This document shows positions 55,381 to 64,000 of a stretch of DNA of 64,000 nucleotides, in pieces. Positions within the stretch are counted from its first letter, which is position 1; the number at the start of each line of letters is the position of its first letter. Under the pieces are notes generated by a model that was not told where the DNA came from, did not search any database, and saw only the letters and a program-made list of their open reading frames with translations. This stretch comes from the human T2T-CHM13v2.0 reference genome, Homo sapiens. The position numbers and the translations under genes were made by a program. The DNA lies in assembly GCF_009914755.1 (NCBI RefSeq), contig NC_060932.1; one strand, written 5' to 3'.

Positions 55381-56830
55381 AATTTCAAAATTTTAAGTGG
55401 TTATTTTGAGAATTTAAAACGTGGGGGATGAGGACTTTGGATGCTGCTGTATCTGTAGTGATTCTGAGAGTTGTGTTATTTTGTAGTCATACCTTACACA
55501 AGGCCTCCTCTGCTTTCTGAATGTGGCATGCAGGGGAGAGGGTCTGCACTGGTCCTCAACCCGGGTACAGCTGGAGTATGTGGCTGACACCAGCGTGAGT
55601 GCTGTCCTTGGAGGAGACTGCATTTCCCAAGTGGTGCTTCAGAAGAAGTTCCTGGAATAATAGTGGAGGACATTTCACTTTGATTTTTTGGGCATGCTGT
55701 CTCAAATGTCCTCCATGCCCTCGGGCAAATTGGAAGTCAAGGTTGGTCAAATTTAGGGGTGTCTAAGACAGGCATCTCCACGGGATGCCTTACATTGATA
55801 GCAGTGACATCATTGTTTAAATGATCATCTCTGAATAATCAAACATAACATGTTATGTGTGGATTTGTCTGCTATCGCTGAAACTGTTCTGGATTTGGAA
55901 GAACTGGACAGAGGTGCCTTGAGTGACGGTCAGTATTCGAGTGTGAGGGCCATATTTTGTCACCTGAATGAAGTAGGGTGCCATTTCCAGAGGAGGCGTG
56001 GCGGAAGTGGTGCTTCTTGGCTGGGTGCCGGCTCATCTATTCAGCCTGACACAGTTCCACATGTGCCTTTGACCAGTGCCACCCCTGGCCTGCACTGAAA
56101 TGCCGTAGTCTCTCTTCTTGGTGTGTTTCTAGACCTTGATGATCTTCCTGCCTGGTTATCCTCTGAATACTGCATAGCCATATATTGTCTTCCCTTGAAG
56201 GTCCAGATTCAAACTTTTAGGAATTCATTCACCAAGTATTTACAACATGCCACAGATTTTGTTAGTGTTGGGGAGACAAAAGGTATAGTTCCAAGTGCCT
56301 TTAGATGCCTTCAAGACAGACACAAGACACAATCTGCACACGAATTCCTGGTGTGGTGGCCCTGGTTGTGAGGTGTGACGGGAGTGCTGATGAGGGACCC
56401 CAAGCCACCTGGGGCCAGAAGGGTCCTTTCCTCTGAGACCTGCTGGGCCACTATCTCTTAGCTGGGTTAGCAGGTCTCCTTGATAAGCATCCACGTGGTC
56501 CATGGCACACTGAGAGCTTCTCTCCCTGTCAGGCACCTAGGCATTCCCTGTGTGTCTGTCTCAGGTCTTTCAACTGGCATTGCATTTGATTTCTTTTCAG
56601 CCTTTGGTTAGTATTCTCACTACACTAGGAAAACATGTGAGGTGACCTCCACAACAATACACAGGACCATTAAAAATAACATCAGGGGGAAGGACCAGCC
56701 AGAGGAAGAGTGGGAGATGATGCCAGCAAAAGTCTGTCTGCAGGTGCATCTGTCTGCAGGTTGCCCTGGGCTCCAGTGACCAGCCTGCTCTGTCTACCTT
56801 TGCATGATCTCCTGCAAATTGAGTAGCTTA

Positions 56831-57038
<208 letters not shown>

Positions 57039-57254
57039 TAAAAAAAATTATCATTGAGAGTGTAATATAAGCTGATAAAAGCTTGAAAATACTAGATCTT
57101 CATTGTTTCTAGAAAATTTGGAACTCCATGTTGGGAATTCTAGAATGGCTACGGCCGCCAGCCCTCATTAGACCCTGAAATGAAGGAACTCAGTCCTGTG
57201 GTTTGTTTTTAACTTCCTTTCTGTTTCTTTGTCCCTGTCTTTCTGAGCCTGGCT

Positions 57255-57278
57255 TTTGTTGTTGTTGTTGTTGTTGTT
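57255..57278. repeat. (GTT)n microsatellite
   Basis: Directly visible. Confidence 0.9.
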
Positions 57279-58014
57279 AATCTGTATTTAATCCAAGCTC
57301 CAATACTTTTCCCTGTGCAAGTCTTCAGGACATTCCTTGCTCTTGAGTCCAAGTATTTGCCTGTGAAAAACAGGGAAAATGATATGTACCTTATGCTGAT
57401 GTCACTGGGTAAATTAAATGATGGCTAACTATATAAAATGTCTAGTGAGGTGCCTGGAAGAAAACGTGTTCTCAGCAGCTCTTAGGAGTCCAGGTTTCAG
57501 TCCTGATCTGCTGACTTCCACTGGAGTCCTGCTGGCACTCTGGGTGGTTAGAGGACAGGAGAGCCATGCAGTGCACGGGGAGGAAGGCGGCAGTGCCAGC
57601 TCACATCTGGCAGGGGGCAGTGGCCCTGGTGTTGGGAAGCCCATACCTCCTGGCTGCTGTAGTGTGCTGTGACCCGCTTCACCTGCACCCATCTACAGAC
57701 CTGCCCTCGGGGTCCCTCAGTAAGAACCAACTGGGATTCAACTTTAGCTGACATGGAAGAGTGATCTCTACACTGTAGATGAGTAAAAGGCAAAAGTCTT
57801 GTATTTAATGATATCAAAGCATGGTAAATTATTCAAAAATTTTCACATGGAGCAGTTGTTTTGAATGAGGTCCACTTAATGCTACTCAATAAGGTCTTAA
57901 TTTGTATATGATTTCACCATTAAGTCTATCATGGTGCAACCATTAATAGCGAGCATTGGTTAAATACTTGCATTATTTGTAAGGGGATTCCATAAAATAT
58001 ATATAGTCATTAAA

Positions 58015-59550
<1,536 letters not shown>

Positions 59551-59554
59551 AATA

Positions 59555-60150
59555 CTGTTTTTAAAATTGTGTTACAATATATACAACATGAAATTAACCA
59601 TTTTAACCATTTTAAAGTGTACAATTCAGTGGCATTGATGGTGGTACACACTAGCCATGTGCACAACCATCACCACTATGTGGTTCAAGACCTTTTTCAT
59701 TGTCCCACGAAGAAAACCCATAAATTAGGCAGTCTCTTCCCATTGCCGCTTCTCTCCAGCCCTAGGCAACTACGCATCTGCTTTCTATCTCTATAGATTT
59801 GCTTTTTCTGGGCATTTCATATAAATGGAATCACACAATAATGTGGTTCTGGCTTCTTCAGTTAGCATGATGTTTTCAAATTTCATCCATGTTGTAGAAT
59901 GTATCAGTACTTCCTTTTTGTATGACTGATTAATAGCCCATCTTCTGGCTATGCCACATTTTTAAAATCCTCTCATCAGTGGATGGACATGGGGGTTGTT
60001 TCCACTTATTGTGGATAGGGCTGCTATGAACATTGGTGCACAAATTCTTGCTGGAACACCTCTTGTCAGTACTCCTGGCTGTGTACCTAGATGTAGAATT
60101 GTGAGATCATATGGTAATTTCATGTCTACTTGTTGAGGAACTGCTAAAAT
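59555..60150 (-). mobile_element. L1MB-like 3' end
   Basis: aaattaaccattttaaccattttaaagtgtacaattcagtggcatt...catttcatataaatggaatc...gttgaggaactgc. Confidence 0.85.
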
Positions 60151-60616
60151 CGCATAGAAGGAACTTTTCAGAGGCCCTGTTTACCCGAGGTGTCACAGGC
60201 TGGTTTTTCCTCCCAGGCTTTGGGCGCGTCTGTTGTCCACTCCAGCTGTTACTCTTTGCTCCCGGCAGCAGTAGCTTGCTCACTCACTTCTGCTGTTCTG
60301 GGAAGCCCTGTCCTCTTAGCCACCCGCCCTGATCACTCCGAGATAGGCAAAGCAAGGACAAGCCCTGTGACCCAGGAAATCCCCGTCGGGTCAAAACAGA
60401 CACAGTTCCCTGAGATCCGGGTCTGGTTTGCTTCCTCGGAGCCCAGTACTCACCCCAGGCATGGGAGCAGCCACCTCGCCAAGGAGGGCAGTTGAGGCTG
60501 CAGCGAGGGTCTTGGTCGCCTCTGTCCTAGCTGGGCTTTCACTTGGTTGCTGCAAACCATTGGCTATCTCCCAGCAGTCTGAAAGGTTGATTTGACATTT
60601 TTTTGTAAATTTTTAA

Positions 60617-61038
<422 letters not shown>

Positions 61039-62049
61039 CTTTTTATAATTAAAATTGCTACAAGGTTATTTTCTTTTATGTCTCCTGGGTTATATGAAGT
61101 AATTTTAAAAGGCCTCTTTCATTGGAAGATTATTAAAAGTGAATTATTACATACTTTTCAAGAAATGTATTGATATATATTCACATGGATTATGTATAAA
61201 GAGGTATATATAATTCACATGAAATATATATAAAAATATACGTTCTGTGTGAATTTTATTCTGATTGTTAGGTGTGATATTTTCAATGAATCTATATAAT
61301 ACTGTTTTTAAAATTGTGTTACAATATATACAACATGAAATTAACCATTTTAACCATTTTAAAGTGTACAATTCAGTGGCATTGATGGTGGTACACACTA
61401 GCCATGTGCACAACCATCACCACTATGTGGTTCAAGACCTTTTTCATTGTCCCATGAAGAAAACCCATAAATTAGGCAGTCTCTTCCCATTGCCGCTTCT
61501 GTCCAGCCCTAGGCAACTACGCATCTGCTTTCTATCTCTATAGATTTGCTTTTTCTGGGCATTTCATATAAATGGAATCACACAATAATGTGGTTCTGGC
61601 TTTTTGTCATATGGCCTTTTTGTCATATTTTTCAGTGTTTTTGGGAGGGACAGGTCCCCAGAGTTTCCTACTCTTTCGTTTTTGCTGTACAAGTTTTAAA
61701 AAATTTGAATAACTTCTGTCCTGTAGTTGTAGACTAACAGCAAAGTAAAAATGTTGCCCTGGTTGACTGCTCAGCTGCATGCTCTGCCAGGCTGGCAGCT
61801 CAGCAAACCCTCACAGGTGCTCGATAATCACAACCCTCAGAACTTATGAATGAGCCCTTAGATCATCACAGGAGGTCAGTGAGATTTTTGGCCCCATCAT
61901 CAGTTGGGGATTTAAGCTCAGAATGCAAATTACCTTTGAGACCTCCTACCTGAAGGGGGCTGCTGGCTGTGGGGTCCCGCTTGTGCCCGCCTCCTCCTTC
62001 TCTGTCTTCTATGTCATGTGAGGCTGGCATTCCCACGCGTGATTCCAGG

Positions 62050-63860
<1,811 letters not shown>

Positions 63861-64000
63861 GCCCTTGAAAACTCTCCACTGTCTTATGAATTAGGTGAAA
63901 ACTCCCAGGACTGTCACTGAAGGCTTTCCACAGTGTGTTCCCAAAGTATGTTTCCAGTTCTATTGTCTACTATTTCCCTTATAATGAAATCGGATCACGT

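Overview
This is primate (human-like) non-coding genomic DNA, either intronic or intergenic. It contains about 17 Alu elements, from FRAM/AluJ through AluS to AluY-like. It also contains a 5'-truncated L1PA with a clean 15-bp TSD, several old L1M pieces (one about 7 kb), MER20, two MLT1 LTRs and many L2/MIR relics. I can support no protein-coding gene, tRNA, rRNA or CRISPR array; the ORF track is explained by repeats, low complexity or chance. Unique sequence includes a small CpG island (about 15.96-16.33 kb), a CpG-rich region followed by a strongly G-skewed block (about 41.1-43.0 kb), and several homeodomain/E-box-dense blocks that look like developmental enhancers. The most unusual structure is a recent, about 99% identical, 600-bp templated duplication (59251-59855 copied to 61003-61602). 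It sits inside the last bases of one Alu and was copied from just beyond the equivalent end of the neighbouring Alu. Its left junction has a fold-back hairpin and a triplicated 37-bp unit, and its right junction has a 15/16-bp re-priming duplication. I found no evidence for a new multi-gene system. Repeat subfamily names and old-repeat boundaries are from recognition by eye and are approximate.
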